The translations under genes were made by a program, and so were the position numbers. The notes under the pieces are model-generated. The model ran no database searches and had not been told where the DNA came from. It saw nothing but the letters and a program-made list of their open reading frames with translations. 64,000 nt of DNA from Octopus vulgaris (taxonomy: Eukaryota), in contig OX597821.1 of the NCBI GenBank assembly GCA_951406725.2, forward strand, positions 16,368,001 through 16,432,000, in the 5' to 3' direction. This document shows, piece by piece, positions 44,840 to 57,875 of this stretch (positions are counted from its first letter, which is position 1; each line of letters opens with the position of its first letter).

Positions 44840-46994
44840 GTGTATGTATGTATATATATTTACACATAAATGGATACGAAACCGAAAAAATATTGATGTA
44901 TAAATAGATACACATGTGAATAAGAATGTATGTGCCTGAATGCTTGTACATACATGCGTACATATGCATCTATGCATGCATATATGTGTGTGTGTGTTTA
45001 CGAGTGTTTGTAAGAGTGGGGGAGTATATGTGCATGCATGTATGATTGTGCGCCAGTATGCACGTATAATTGCCTAACGACTTGAGGAATATGAGTAAGA
45101 AACTCAACAATAGAACGTTTATATGAAGTTAGACGCCATTTCGTGGCTATCTTGTGGAGATGCCTGATAACGCTCTACTGTTTCGGTATAGATATACATA
45201 TTTTTTTCGCCATTTCTTTATTCTAATATCTTTTGTGCCGTCCTTCACGACACTGATACTGAATATAAATAGATAAAATGATATTCCATTATATGAATCA
45301 CAATATCTATATTCGTTATTGTTTTACACAGCTCTGTTGGTGTATTTTCTTACATTTCTTATATATTTCGTTTCTTCTTCATTTGGATTTGTGTTGTTTT
45401 TTTAATGATACGTTTATTCATTATTATCGTCATAATTATTATCGGAGTTTTCATCTGTTCTACTATCCTCAACTACCTTCCACTTTTTTTCTTCCTGTCC
45501 AAATAATTCTCCGACACACACATACGAATTCACACACAACCACACACAGGCACACACAGTGACTTAACACACATGCAAATATACATATGCATACCGTCAC
45601 ACCCGCGCATACAAAGGTTGAGAAGGCAAACTTTGTCTTTCCTTTTCAAATAAATCCACGATCTCTATCTGCCTCTCTATTTGTCTACCTCTCAATATCG
45701 CGCACTCATGCATACACACATACAAACACACACACATACATACATACTCATACATACATACATATATACTCCCACACAGAGATACACACAGACATGTGGA
45801 GATATATTCGATCTTTTGTGATATATATATATATATATATAAATGCATGTATATGTCATTTTCTCTTTCCTCTCGTTATCTCTCCTTCATTTTCTATTAC
45901 TTCTAATGCATCACTCTCTCATTGTAACCTTTGCTTTAGTTTTTGCTTTGTATTTTTTATTTATATTTTATTCAATCATTGTGTAGACTCCAGACTCCAG
46001 GGAACGCGTTTAATTAATGACAACGTCACAGACACTAGAATACATTCAAGATTGTAATATAATACTATTGAATTCCATTGAAGCTGACACAAGTATTTCG
46101 ATTCCCAAAGAAAATGACTTTAATCATATCAGTCCGTCTTCAGAACATCTGTCCTCGGAGGTCAATACTGCGTCAATAGAACCAATTTCTTCCATCATAT
46201 GTTCCTCTCCTTACAGAACCGGATCCATTTTTGGGGGCCATTATTTTTGGTTATTCTGTTATTAATGTTGTTGTTTCACCGTTTTCCAATAAACGCATTT
46301 CGCTTTGGCAATGCTCAATAGAACTTAACTAGTGACATTGGCATTTATATAACATGAAATTACTGTTGCAATCTAAACTGAACATTCACATTTTTCTCAT
46401 TCGACAGAATTTAATTTCCAATTTAGCTTCTCATTCTATTGGTATAAGATTAAATTATAATTTTCATTACGTTAGCTAAAATGCAATAACACTTTTTAGA
46501 GGATATCAGTTATGGTTATTACATTTATTTTTCTAATACAATCTAATTTTCAATCTAATCATCATTTGAAAAGTACGGTTTATATAGTAATGGAAACAAT
46601 ATTTAAGATGACGTCGATTATTCAGTATTTTTCACTTTCTGAAGTAATCTTCCATTTGTGACGCGAAATTGCTTGGTTCTTCAATCCCAGAATTTACGAA
46701 AATATACAACATTTTCGAAATAAGTTCGAAATATGATAGCTATCACATCCAAAGATTAGGTACACAGCTGACTGTTGAATTGAACCGTACCTCAGATTTA
46801 AGGAAGAGAAAATAATAGAAACCAACGTCTTCCTTCAATGAATTGATTTCTATTAATTCTACGTAACATGAGACAATTACAGGTTTTGTTTATAAATATC
46901 ACGTGTAATTTAGATGCGGTTATTATTTTTGTTAATGGAAACACGCACACGTACACACATGGATACATTCATGTGCATGTATATGTGTGTATAG

Positions 46995-47045
<51 letters not shown>

Positions 47046-48184
47046 GGGGAGGAGTATACATTTATGCATGCATATTTTTATACATTTATAAATGCAAAAA
47101 ACATATATTCATCCATACATGCATATGTCTGTGTGTGTATGTGTGAGTGTGTGTCTGTCTTTTATCCTTCATATTTTACCTGTTTCAGTCATTATGCGGC
47201 GGCCATGCTGGGGCACGGCTTTGAATATTTAGCCGAATGTATAGACCCCAGTACTTATTGTTTTAAAATCTGGTACCGCTTTGTGATGGGGACGTAAAAA
47301 TGCCAACACTGGTTGTCAAGTAGCTATGTGAGGGACAAATACAGACACACACACACACATTCACATAAATGGCAATTTCTGTCTGTCTGTCTGTCAGTTA
47401 CCATCTTGCTGCCTACACCACTGCACGAATATTTCAGAAACTTTGCATGCAGGTTAAAGTAAAATCCAGTTGAATTATAGGCTAATTTCCGACTTCCAGT
47501 AAGTAACTACAAACGGTTGGGATATTATTTGATAAAAGGAGAATGGAGTAAAAAGTGTAAGTGTGAGGGAAATAGGATGGCATAATGAGTAGCTGATATC
47601 AGGAGGACAGGGGAGGGCAACGTTGTGTAAGTGACAAAAAATTGGAGTGGCAGTGGGTTGTAACGTTAATATACCTGTGTTTCATGGATGTACATGCGAC
47701 ATTGCATACGTACTTTCGTAAATACACAGTTACATCCATACACACACGCTACACACATGCTACACATGCACATACACACAACTAACTTTTAAAACGTCAC
47801 CGAAGGGAAAGAAAGGCGGGTGTGAGGAATACGTAGCTTTAAGGAGAAAGGGTTAGGTGACTTTTCTGTGTTCATCGCAAAGAATTATTCACGCACGTAC
47901 ACACACATACATACATATGTCTACTATACACCATTTTAAACTCGTGATAACCTGTGGTACGTTTGTAAACGTGCGCGTATGTATGCATGTGTGTATGTGT
48001 GAGTATGTGTTTCAGTGTGTGTGTGTCTCAAATCTGTACCAATCTGTACCAATCAAAGGCCTATCTGTCTGTGAAGGCATCGTCCGACATGGAATAACCA
48101 AACATTTATATAACACTTTAATAAAAAATCTCCCCACAACGACGGGATATTCATCTAATATATACACACGCAAACATACACGCG

Positions 48185-48219
<35 letters not shown>

Positions 48220-48220
<1 letters not shown>

Positions 48221-48282
48221 CTAGAAAGAGCAGCCAAACTCAAACTGCTAATAGCGGTTTGAGTTTGGCTGCTCTTTCTAGT
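48220..48282. repeat. Near-perfect 63-bp palindrome abutting (TA)n
   Basis: actagaaagagcagccaaactcaaactgcta-a-tagcggtttgagtttggctgctctttctagt, with one non-Watson-Crick (G-U) pair. Confidence 0.92.
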
Positions 48283-48418
48283 GAGTCGAATGTCCTATTA
48301 TGGCCATTCCTTATATTTTTGAATATATATTATATAGTCTTTGATTATCTTTTCTTTCTCACTGGACCGCTACTAGCGGAGAATTTTTTTCTAGAATTTT
48401 TTGCTACCCTTATATTTA

Positions 48419-48458
<40 letters not shown>

Positions 48459-48735
48459 CACGCAAGTTAAGAGCCACTAATAACCATTAATCACTGACCG
48501 GATTAAAATATGTTTCGTTTTTATGCGATTATCTGATATAATACATTCTTGTAGTACGGCATTTTAGGGAATTATAAGTAATCCCTGTTTTCTGAGAGAA
48601 ATTCAGCAGAATAAAACTGGAAAGAAGCTCATAAGATGGTTACCGCTTGTTTCTCAGAGGAAGACGTCTCAGGAGTCTGTTTTATTTACAGTATACATAC
48701 TATACTGCATACCTATTACTATATATAGATTTATA

Positions 48736-48964
48736 AGGCGGCGTTGGCAGACTCGTTAGCGCGCCGGGCGAAATGCTTAGCGGTATTTCGTCTGTCGTTA
48801 TGTTCTGAGTTCAAATTCCGCCGAGGTCGACTTTACCTTTCATCCTTTCGGGGTCGATAAATAAAGTACCAGTTTCGCACTGGGGTCGATGTAATCGACT
48901 TAATCCCCTTGTCTGTCCTTGTTTGTCCCCTCTATGTTTAGCCCCTTGTGGGCAATAAAGAAAT
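48736..48964 (+). mobile_element. tRNA-derived SINE family B, best-preserved copy
   Basis: A-box-like tggcagactcgttag, B-box gagttcaaattcc, Nin/Deu-like core cctttcatcctttcggggtcgataaa. Degenerate copies near 3290-3775, 6190-6400, 21030-21450, 24265-24417, 25360-25540, 39955-40380, 41940-42120, 42980-43165, 53420-53610, 56790-56975, 61515-61660. Confidence 0.9.
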
Positions 48965-50153
48965 ATATATATAGATTTATTATATATTGTTCTCATTGAG
49001 TTATTGACATATTGACGACAGCCGTAAAGGGGAGTGAGAGTAAGTCGACACTTTCATCCGTAGACTGAGGTCGCAGCTTGGGTAATTCCTTGCAACCCTT
49101 TTGCTTCCCGTGCCTGTGATAAGGTGAATATGTTGGCAGCAGGACGTTGTATGACTGACACTACGGAGAAGTCCTTGAGCAACCGCTTCAGGTTTGTTGC
49201 TGCCATGGAAAAGACTTGTACCATTAGATAATGCTCAGGCGTCATGAAGCGAGTTACTACTGCGCTTCAGCCACATTGTCGGGCGTGCTCGTTGCATTCT
49301 TGTGTACCACTTGTTACCTTTTGTGGGAAGACAACACCAACTGCATTTTGTTGAGAGAACAAAACTGTCAACGTTGACTTACAGACGGACGGCCGGCGGC
49401 AATATAATACTTAAAGAAAAGGTTGTGACTTGTGCAATTCACAATTGTCACCTATACTCTTTAAAATGTCTTACAGTATGTCAGTTTCGACTAAATTTCA
49501 CCTGTAAGGTAAACGTTAAATACATCTATAAAAAGTATATCTCTCTACGTTCTAATTGTATGAGGAAAGGCTTCTCAAATTGTCTTTATTTTGTCTGGCA
49601 GCTACGTCAATAGCAAAACAGCATTTTTATATAAATAAAACATCGAGCTCTGTTATTATCATTATCCAGTCTTGTAATATAAGGACACAGGACATATTAA
49701 TAACACCTTTATGTAAAAAAAAGAATCATATCTGTTACAGTTAGTAGTTGTAATGCTAATTTTTCTTTGTTTCATTTTCCCTTTGTAATATATTTAGAAT
49801 ATTTCTTTTTTACCTAATTTAGAATAGGTAATTCAAATTTATGGACTTTCCTAAAATAATTCATGACCAGAAGAAAAAATAAATATAAGCTGTTAATAAA
49901 AATTCATGTTTTTTTTTCTTTTCGGGCATATAAATAAATCATTTAAGCCTTGAATAAAACTGCACGTTGTTCCTTTCTTAGAGAAAGATCGCGAAAGATT
50001 CAGGAAACCAATTATTTGCCTCTCACCTAAACAAATGAAATCTCTCAACTAATATGGCAGAGTCATCACAGCTAGAAGACTGATTGGCCTGCATGTGATT
50101 TTATAAATACGAAATAACTGTACGTGTATACGGAGACAGAGAGGCAGTCACAC

Positions 50154-50189
<36 letters not shown>

Positions 50190-50822
50190 GAAAGAGAAGA
50201 AGAAGAAGAAGAAAGAAAAAGAAGAAGAAGGAAAAAGAAGAAAAATAAGAAAAATAAGAAGAAAGAAGGAAAAAGAAGAAAGAAGAAGGAAAAAGAAGAA
50301 AAATAAGAAGAAAGAAGAAGGAAAAAGAAGGAAAAAGATGAAGAAGAAGAAGAAGAAGAAGAAGAAGAAGAAGAAGGAAAGAAGATGAAGAAGAAGAAGG
50401 ACTTCTGCCAAAATTTGCAGTCAATATCGTTATAATTCTTCACCTATTGGTAGGAGAACTATTTCCATGTGCATCACCAGCCCGGAATGAGAAAGTTCAT
50501 TTAAGAGTTGTTTTACAGTGAACATAGCTACAAAGTCTTCTCTAAAAGTCAGCGTTCGGTGATTATTTATTTAAGACCAACAATTTTGGAGCATGATGTA
50601 TTTGAACTCTGAATGTACAGTGAGAAGACATGACACTACGCATTTACCCACTAAATGGTAACGATTCTCCCAGCTGACCGCCTGACTCTTATTCGCAGTT
50701 TAACAATTTAAAAGTGAAATTACATGTATAATGAGATGTTGCTTCGAGATAAATTTGGACCCGGTTTATTTACCAGTTCGTATTCATTCGAAGTGGAAAT
50801 CTCTGATTAGATAAACAGTTAT

Positions 50823-50958
50823 CTGGCCTCTTCGATGTAGCGTCAACTGACTTGTCAAAGTATTTTTGTTGTTGTTGTTTTTTATTTTAAAGGGAAAAAA
50901 TTTGACAAGTCAGTCAGTCGCCCGCTGACACTCGTTGACACTACATCGAAGAGGCCAG
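50823..50958. repeat. Inverted repeat (MITE-like foldback)
   Basis: ctggcctcttcgatgtagcgtcaac/gttgacactacatcgaagaggccag, with inner arms tgacttgtcaaa/tttgacaagtca. Confidence 0.85.
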
Positions 50959-52529
50959 GGAACAGAAGAAAGAAGAAATGCACCCAACACCAGAGCTGAA
51001 GACACCTCCAAATGTGGAGGGGGAGTCCAACGTCAAAACGGTAGAGGAGTAGGGGCCTAAACCGGACGTGGTTCCTCCTGATGGTGTCTTGAGCTAACCT
51101 GATCCTATAAAGGAGCTGTTGTGGTAGCAGACCACGAAAGATGGTTGAAATTCTTTCCTGTAATGGTAGTGAACATGGTGTGGTTATTGTATTTTAGCAT
51201 TAGAAAAATTCAGATAAGAGACACTTGTAATCAAAGTTACTCCAAAGGTGCATCTAAGAATGTTATTCAAGGTGTTCTTCCCATGTTGCACACTATGTGA
51301 TTTTAAGATTTCTCAGCTATTTTCTAGCCAGTCAAACGACTAGAAAGAAGGGCATTTTTTTTATCTAACATGTAGCAGTGAATTATAGCGTCGAAGAGAG
51401 CAGCCACTGCTATGAGTAAATATTTTATTATAGGTTTGTAATTGAGACACACGATTATTAATTATTTGGAAGTTGTGGTAAAAGAACGTCTTTTTTTTTT
51501 GTAGCGAATATCGATATCATGATGCATATTTTTATTATCCTTATGGTGGAAGTACTTGTTGCCAACAACAATGACACCAGTAAAGGCCTTGATGAGGATG
51601 ATGGTGATGATGATGATGACGACTACGATGACGCCGATGATAATGATGACGATGACGATGATGCTGCTGCTGATGATGAGGATGATGATGATGATCATCA
51701 TCATGTTTCAGGCGGCGGTGGCGACAATGGAGACGGCAACGTGAGTGATGACCACGATGAGAATGCTGAAAGCGATGATGATGATGATGTGAAGGAGTGG
51801 GAAGAAGAGGATGATGGGGAGGTGGGATGGAAATTTAGTGCTGGAGAAAGAGAAGAAACAGGAGGAGGAGGTGGAGGTGATTGAGAACCGGGAGAAGAAT
51901 TGAGGGAGAGGAGTAGATGAAGGTAGAGGAGAAAGAGGTGGAGAAGGAAAAGGTGGTGGAAAAGGAGAACGAAGGGTTGGGAAGGAGAAGGAGCTGGCTG
52001 TGGTTGTGGTGGGGTAGAAGGAAGAGAATAGTAGTAATGGCGTTACTCGTGGTAGACTTAGTGGTCGTCATTGATGTCGACGTTGCTGTAATTGAAGAAA
52101 CACATAAAAAAAAGTTAGTGGGCCGATTAAGAAATATAAAAACTTGTTGCATTTTATCTTCTCCTTCTTTCATTAGTGTGAATGTTGGGTGTGGCGGCGC
52201 GGACTATGATATATTACTGATTGGTTGCAGATTGTTGAGCACTTGTTTCCTGTTGTTAATAGGGGATAAATTAACGAAGCGTCAACAAGGCTGTAATTAT
52301 ATCACAGTAATAAATAAATAAATAACGACCATACACAATGGAACAGAATTATAAGAAATATGTACGCTCACGCACTCGTATACACACAAAATATAACGCT
52401 ACAACAGGGGAAAAAAATGCAGTCCATAACTAGTTTCTAAAGAAGATGATTTACAAACAATTTAAATTAATTATCACCATAGAGAGCATCAAGCATCCTC
52501 TGTTTAATTATATTATTATTACTATTTTT

Positions 52530-52574
<45 letters not shown>

Positions 52575-54459
52575 CGTGAAAATAACAATATGATGATGAA
52601 TAAAAAAAATTATAAAGAAAGAATTATTCTCAATATTGTTGCACTTTATGATTTCTATTGTTGAATATAATTTTATCATCTTAGGATTTTTAAAATACTT
52701 TTTAAATTTCATATTTACAATTTTTTCCAGTGAAATTATGGTGATAGTTGTCCATTTTCATAATTGATTTCTGTTGTTTAATTTTTCATTTTTCATTACT
52801 CTATTTCATTTATAATTATAATTGATGTTTAGTGCTTTACAATGAGTATAACAACTCGATGAAGCAAATTCGTAACACGGTTTAAAATTAAATTTCCACC
52901 CACCCTGTTCGTGTTCTAATTTTTTTATTCTGTATAGGATTATTTGCTTGTAACTCACCATATCTCATTTCCGTTCTCTGGAACGAAGCTTATATGCAGG
53001 TGGAAGAAAAATTCAATGATATCTGCATCGACAATTTTTCTTAATACCTACTGAAATCGATTTCCACTGTTCCGCGGCTGTAAATAGCAAATTGCAATGT
53101 AATTCATTCGTGGACAAGTACAGGCGCGTACGTATATGTGCGTAGTAAGACATTTAAAGCCGCTATCAACGTTAATGGCAATACAATTTGAGGATTCTTT
53201 AAATTACTTAACCGTCTTAGTGCACTTCAGCGAGACCGATGCTCATCTCCTTTTCTAAAATGTTGGAATGTGATAAGCGTGTAGTTTTGATGTCATTCTC
53301 AACCGGAGATTAAACACGTAGAGACTCCGACATAGGCTCATGGATTATATATTTGATTGTAAAGCAGCTGTCACATATATATATATTTTTTTTATTATAT
53401 AAAAGACTTTTTAATGTGAGGATCTGGCAGAATCGTTACCGCAGCATTTCGTCCGCCTTTACCTTCTGGGATCAAACTCCACAAAAGTCAACTTTGCCTT
53501 TCATAATTTCGGGGTTGATATAATAAGTACAAGTTGAGCACAGGGTTCGATGTAATCACTTTATGTACTTCCTTTACACTCAATGGCTTGTGCTAAAATT
53601 TGAGACCGTAATTTAAAAGTATTTTAGGTATCACGTTTGCTCTTGTAAAAACATGTGTGTTCAGAGATCAAGATCAGTTAAATTACATCTAAGTGTTAAA
53701 ACGTATTATTTATATGCATCCTGAAAGCGAAGAGGCAGGTCCTAGTTGTTAGAGCTTTATGGTAATAATCGTAAAATCCAGGCAACGGATTAGGCAACGA
53801 ATTGCACCATTAATATTAACCACGTTTTAACGAAATTTTCTTTTCATTAATTTTTAACGTACCTCTTAATTGTAGCTCTCCACGGTTCCCTACATACCAA
53901 GGTGATTCAAATTTATATACCTGCATAAAGATAGGTGGAACGAATTACATAGCTTTAATCTGGCGGTAAGCTCTTTTATGTCTAACATGTGTTTGCAATT
54001 TAAGTAACCCTTAAATGCCACCAAAGAAACTGTAGCAACATACGATGCGTAACACCATTTTACAAACAAAATTGTGTTCATAAAATGCACGTGTACGTGT
54101 GGGTGAGTAAATGTGGGTGTACACCATTCTGTCCCCACATTCTGATTATTTTGCTTTGATGTTTACCGTAATATAAAATTATATTTCCTTTTTCCTGTTT
54201 TAATTACAAAGACTTTACATAAAACGACTAATTGATATTCAAACTGAATTTTTTAGTATGGAATTATTTCTAAGTAGAAATTATATCGCTTCAATTTATA
54301 TCATAGTCACGAAATAAGCGTACACCTACATTATTACTATTATTCATTTATATTATATATATATATAGGGAGGATTCACAAAAAAAGACAAAAGACGAAG
54401 ACAGGTGGTGTAGACAACAAATAGATGTATTGGCATAACGCTCGGGAAGTGAAAAAAGT

Positions 54460-54495
54460 CTTTAACGTTCCGAGCCTACGCTTTTCCACAGAAAG
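54460..54495 (-). ncRNA. Degenerate hammerhead-like relic in a repeat next to (TA)n
   Basis: Minus strand reads cttt-CTGTGGA-aaagc-gtag-gctc-GGAA-cg-TT|aaag. Topology fits, but two core substitutions make it probably inactive. Confidence 0.35.
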
Positions 54496-55436
54496 GAACA
54501 CAGAAAGAAACAAAGAGAGAACATAAAGAATGTGAAGTGGCTGACGGTCAGTCAATCAGTCGGTCGGTTGGTCGGTCGGTCGGTAGGTAGGTAGGTCCCC
54601 GACCCAACGTTACTGGTTTAAGCTCTGTAAATATATATTTTAGAAGAAAAGAAATGAAACTTTTATCAATGTTATTTATATATATGTATTCATTATCTTT
54701 TTTTGTAGTACATTTTCGCTACTTATTCAACCTTTGTTCGTGATTTTTACGGTTGTTTCTATGATCGGCATTCTTATTGTCGATTTTCATTAATCCTAGG
54801 TACGAGACTGGCCGAAAAAAGTGAACGTAGTTTTCATGTGATCTGATTGAAATTCTTCTTTCCTAAACATTTAAGTGGAAATACAATACAAAAGAGAATT
54901 TCACGTGTGTACCAGGGAAAATAGTTTTTGTGTTATATTTTTTGCTTCTACTTATTCCGCACAATATAATTCTACGTATTTATCTATTTTCGAACGTAAG
55001 TTCTCTCAAAACGCAATTGTAACGAAGTAGTTTTTCTCAAAGCATAATACATATAAATAATGACTATACTAAGTTTATTTCAATAACACGTACACATTTA
55101 CTTCTCCCATACTCATAGCTATACATATACACATATATGGAGGAAGTAAATATGATATATATGCATACATACATATATATATGAGTGTAGAGAGACAGAC
55201 AGACAGACAGACACACAGACACACACACAGACATGGCAATGAGGTTCAGAAGTTCGATTTACAACACCACCCATTGTTCAGTAACTTCATCGAGTGTCTT
55301 CTAATAAAACCCAGTGTACGCACGTGCGTAATTATTCGTGGTTGTCCTCCTTCCACTTTTCACACAACCGTGTGTAAGTTTATTAACCAACATATCGGCA
55401 AGAGAGGCCGGTAGAATATATATATATATATATATA

Positions 55437-55836
55437 TACTCTTTTACTTGTTTCAATCATTTGACTGCGGCCATGCTGGAGCACCGCCTTTAATCGAGCA
55501 ACTCGACCCCGGGGCTTATTCTTTTGTAAGCCGAGTACTTATTCTATCGGTCTCTTTTGCCGAACCGCTAAGTAACGGGAACATAAACACACCAGCATCG
55601 GTGGTCAAACAATGATAGGAGGACAAACAGACACACAAACATACACACACACACATATATATATACATATATACGACGGGCTTCTTTCAGTTTCCGTCTA
55701 CCAAATCCACTCACAAGGCTTTGGTCGGCCCGAGGCTATAGTATAAGACACTTGCCCAAGATGCCACGCAGTGGGACTGAACCCGGAACCATGTGGTTGG
55801 TTAACAAGCTACTTACCACACAGCCACTCCTGCGCC
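55437..55836 (-). mobile_element. SINE family A, full-length copy in (TA)n
   Basis: Colinear with 28846-29241; TA repeats on both sides. Further fragments near 39010-39200, 42740-42900 and 47170-47350. Confidence 0.9.
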
Positions 55837-56736
55837 TATATATATATATATATATATATATATCATACTTTAGAAATGAATGCTGGAGTTGATTTGTTCG
55901 TCCAAAGGTTTCCAAGTTGATGCTGCCGCATGACCACAGTCCAGTAACTGACACAAGTAAAGGATAAAGACATGTGTATGTTCGCATCTGTATGCGTGTG
56001 TGTTGTGTGTGTGTGAGTGTGTGCGTATGTGTAAGAGAGAGTGTGTGCGTGTGTGTGTGTAACATGCATTTGTTACTTCTCCCCAGGTACATCAGGCATT
56101 TCATACTGAAAATATTTCACTTACTCTTAGATGTATATGCCTAGAGCTTAGTCAATGAAACATCAAGCGATTGCTTTAAATGAAATGGTATTCAGATTTA
56201 ACGCACATATTTATACCATTTATTCAACATACATTAAGATATCGATGAAAGAGTTTCAAAACCTCTCGAAATACAACGACCTGAAAATAGCACTATCGAA
56301 TATTCCGAAATATGTACTTAAGTATAGTCTAAGCATTTATAGGAGTGTTGAGAGCTGTAAAACAGGTTCAAAAGCAGAAAATCGAAAAATTCACGGGGAA
56401 AGTATCTGTGCGTAAAATTCAATAGATAACACTCCTTTCGTGTGCCCGTTCGCCGCTGAAAAATCTTTCGATTGAGCAGGTTTTTAAGTACTATAAATGG
56501 GAAAATAATAGGATATTGATTTCTGTTACGAGCAGATGGTCACATACTTTGGAAGAAACATGCAGTCAAGGTAACTGTCCCTAGTTATGATCTACAACTT
56601 AATTTATCGCCCCCTGAAGGATAATAGATAAAATCCGATACGTGTAGAATTTCATCTCAGCAAGCAAGTGAATGTAAATTTTCTTTCCCGTCGTTTCGAT
56701 TCTTTCATTCCTGTATGCAATAATATTGATTTTGGA

Positions 56737-56786
<50 letters not shown>

Positions 56787-56990
56787 TAATCGTTTCTACC
56801 ATAGGCACAAGGCCTGTATTTTTGTGGGGAAAGAGACAATTGACAATTTATCGACCCGAAAAGATAAAAGAAAATGTCCACCAGGGCAGAATTTGAATTC
56901 AGAACGTAGCGACGAGCGAAATATCAATAAGCATTTCGCCCAACACACTAACGACTCTGCCTGCTCACCGCCTTAATGATGATAATGATG

Positions 56991-57029
<39 letters not shown>

Positions 57030-57031
<2 letters not shown>

Positions 57032-57345
57032 CTGCAAAGTGAGATCACAAAAACGTGGAATCTTAGTACTACGATAATACCAGTAGTAATTGGTTCGTTG
57101 GGAATGAATAAAGAAGGGGATTGAGAGTATATTAAGCAATTCTCTGGTAACTCCACACTCCGTTAACTACAAAAGATAACCTTGATGGGTACAGCCAATT
57201 TACTACGGAAGGCAAACGCCATCTAAAATTGGAATAAATGTGGTGATAATCTTAGCATGCATAGCAAAACAAATGTGCCCTTGCTGTTCTTCTCCTCCGG
57301 TGGATGCCCGGTACTAAGGCAGCTAAAATAAAGTTATAATGAAAA
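57030..57345 (+). mobile_element. R4/Dong-like 3' fragment after (TAA)n
   Basis: LQSEITKTWNLSTTIIPVVIGSLG...LQKITLMGTANLLRKA is a typical RLE-element C-terminus. Confidence 0.7.
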
Positions 57346-57429
57346 GAAACCATAAAGAAGAAGAAGTTCAAGAAGAAAAAGATGGTGATGAGGATGAGTA
57401 AGAGGAGAAGGATGAAGAATAAGTAGTTG

Positions 57430-57875
57430 TAGTTAGTTAGTTAGTTAATTTGACTCAAAAGCAAATAGCAAGGCCATGTAGGGGGACATGGAGTTAAGTA
57501 CAGGGTGGTGTTCATGTAAAGAGTTCAGGCCACTTGACGTCAAGGGAGGCTTTGAACAAAGCGGTCGTCGGCATCTTCACCATCTCGTCTGGCAGCTTGT
57601 TCCACGGATCCGCAACCCGGACGGAGAAAGCTCCTCTCCTTCGATTGAGATGAAATCGTCGCAGGTAGAACTTTTCGGAATGACCCCGCAGCCGACGCTC
57701 TGGAGCAGGAGTGAAGAACAGCTCTTTCGAGAGGTTACACTTTCCGCTCATGATGTTGTGGGCGAGAATGAGATCACCACGGCGGCGGCGTTTTTCTTGA
57801 GAATAAAGGTCGAGCGTCCTCAGCCTTTCTTCATAGGACAAATTTTTGAGACCATGAACCATGCGGATGCTGTAT
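57430..57875 (-). mobile_element. 5'-truncated CR1-like LINE, same family as 20005-20578
   Basis: ORF MVHGLKNLSYEERLRTLDLYSQEKRRRRGDLI...FSVRVADPWNKLP, hairpin ccatgtagggggacatgg and (ttag)n tail. Confidence 0.9.

Noticed and set aside
48736-48830. SINE heads as tRNA genes
   Set aside because: A/B boxes are present, but there is no cloverleaf and they continue into SINE bodies.
50188-50400. Lys/Glu-rich and Phe/Ser-rich ORFs
   Set aside because: (GAA)n low-complexity tract.
51519-52321. Acidic 121-aa ORF and the following 134-aa ORF
   Set aside because: Degenerate (GAT)n/(GAG)n tracts open in several frames, with no splice or domain support.
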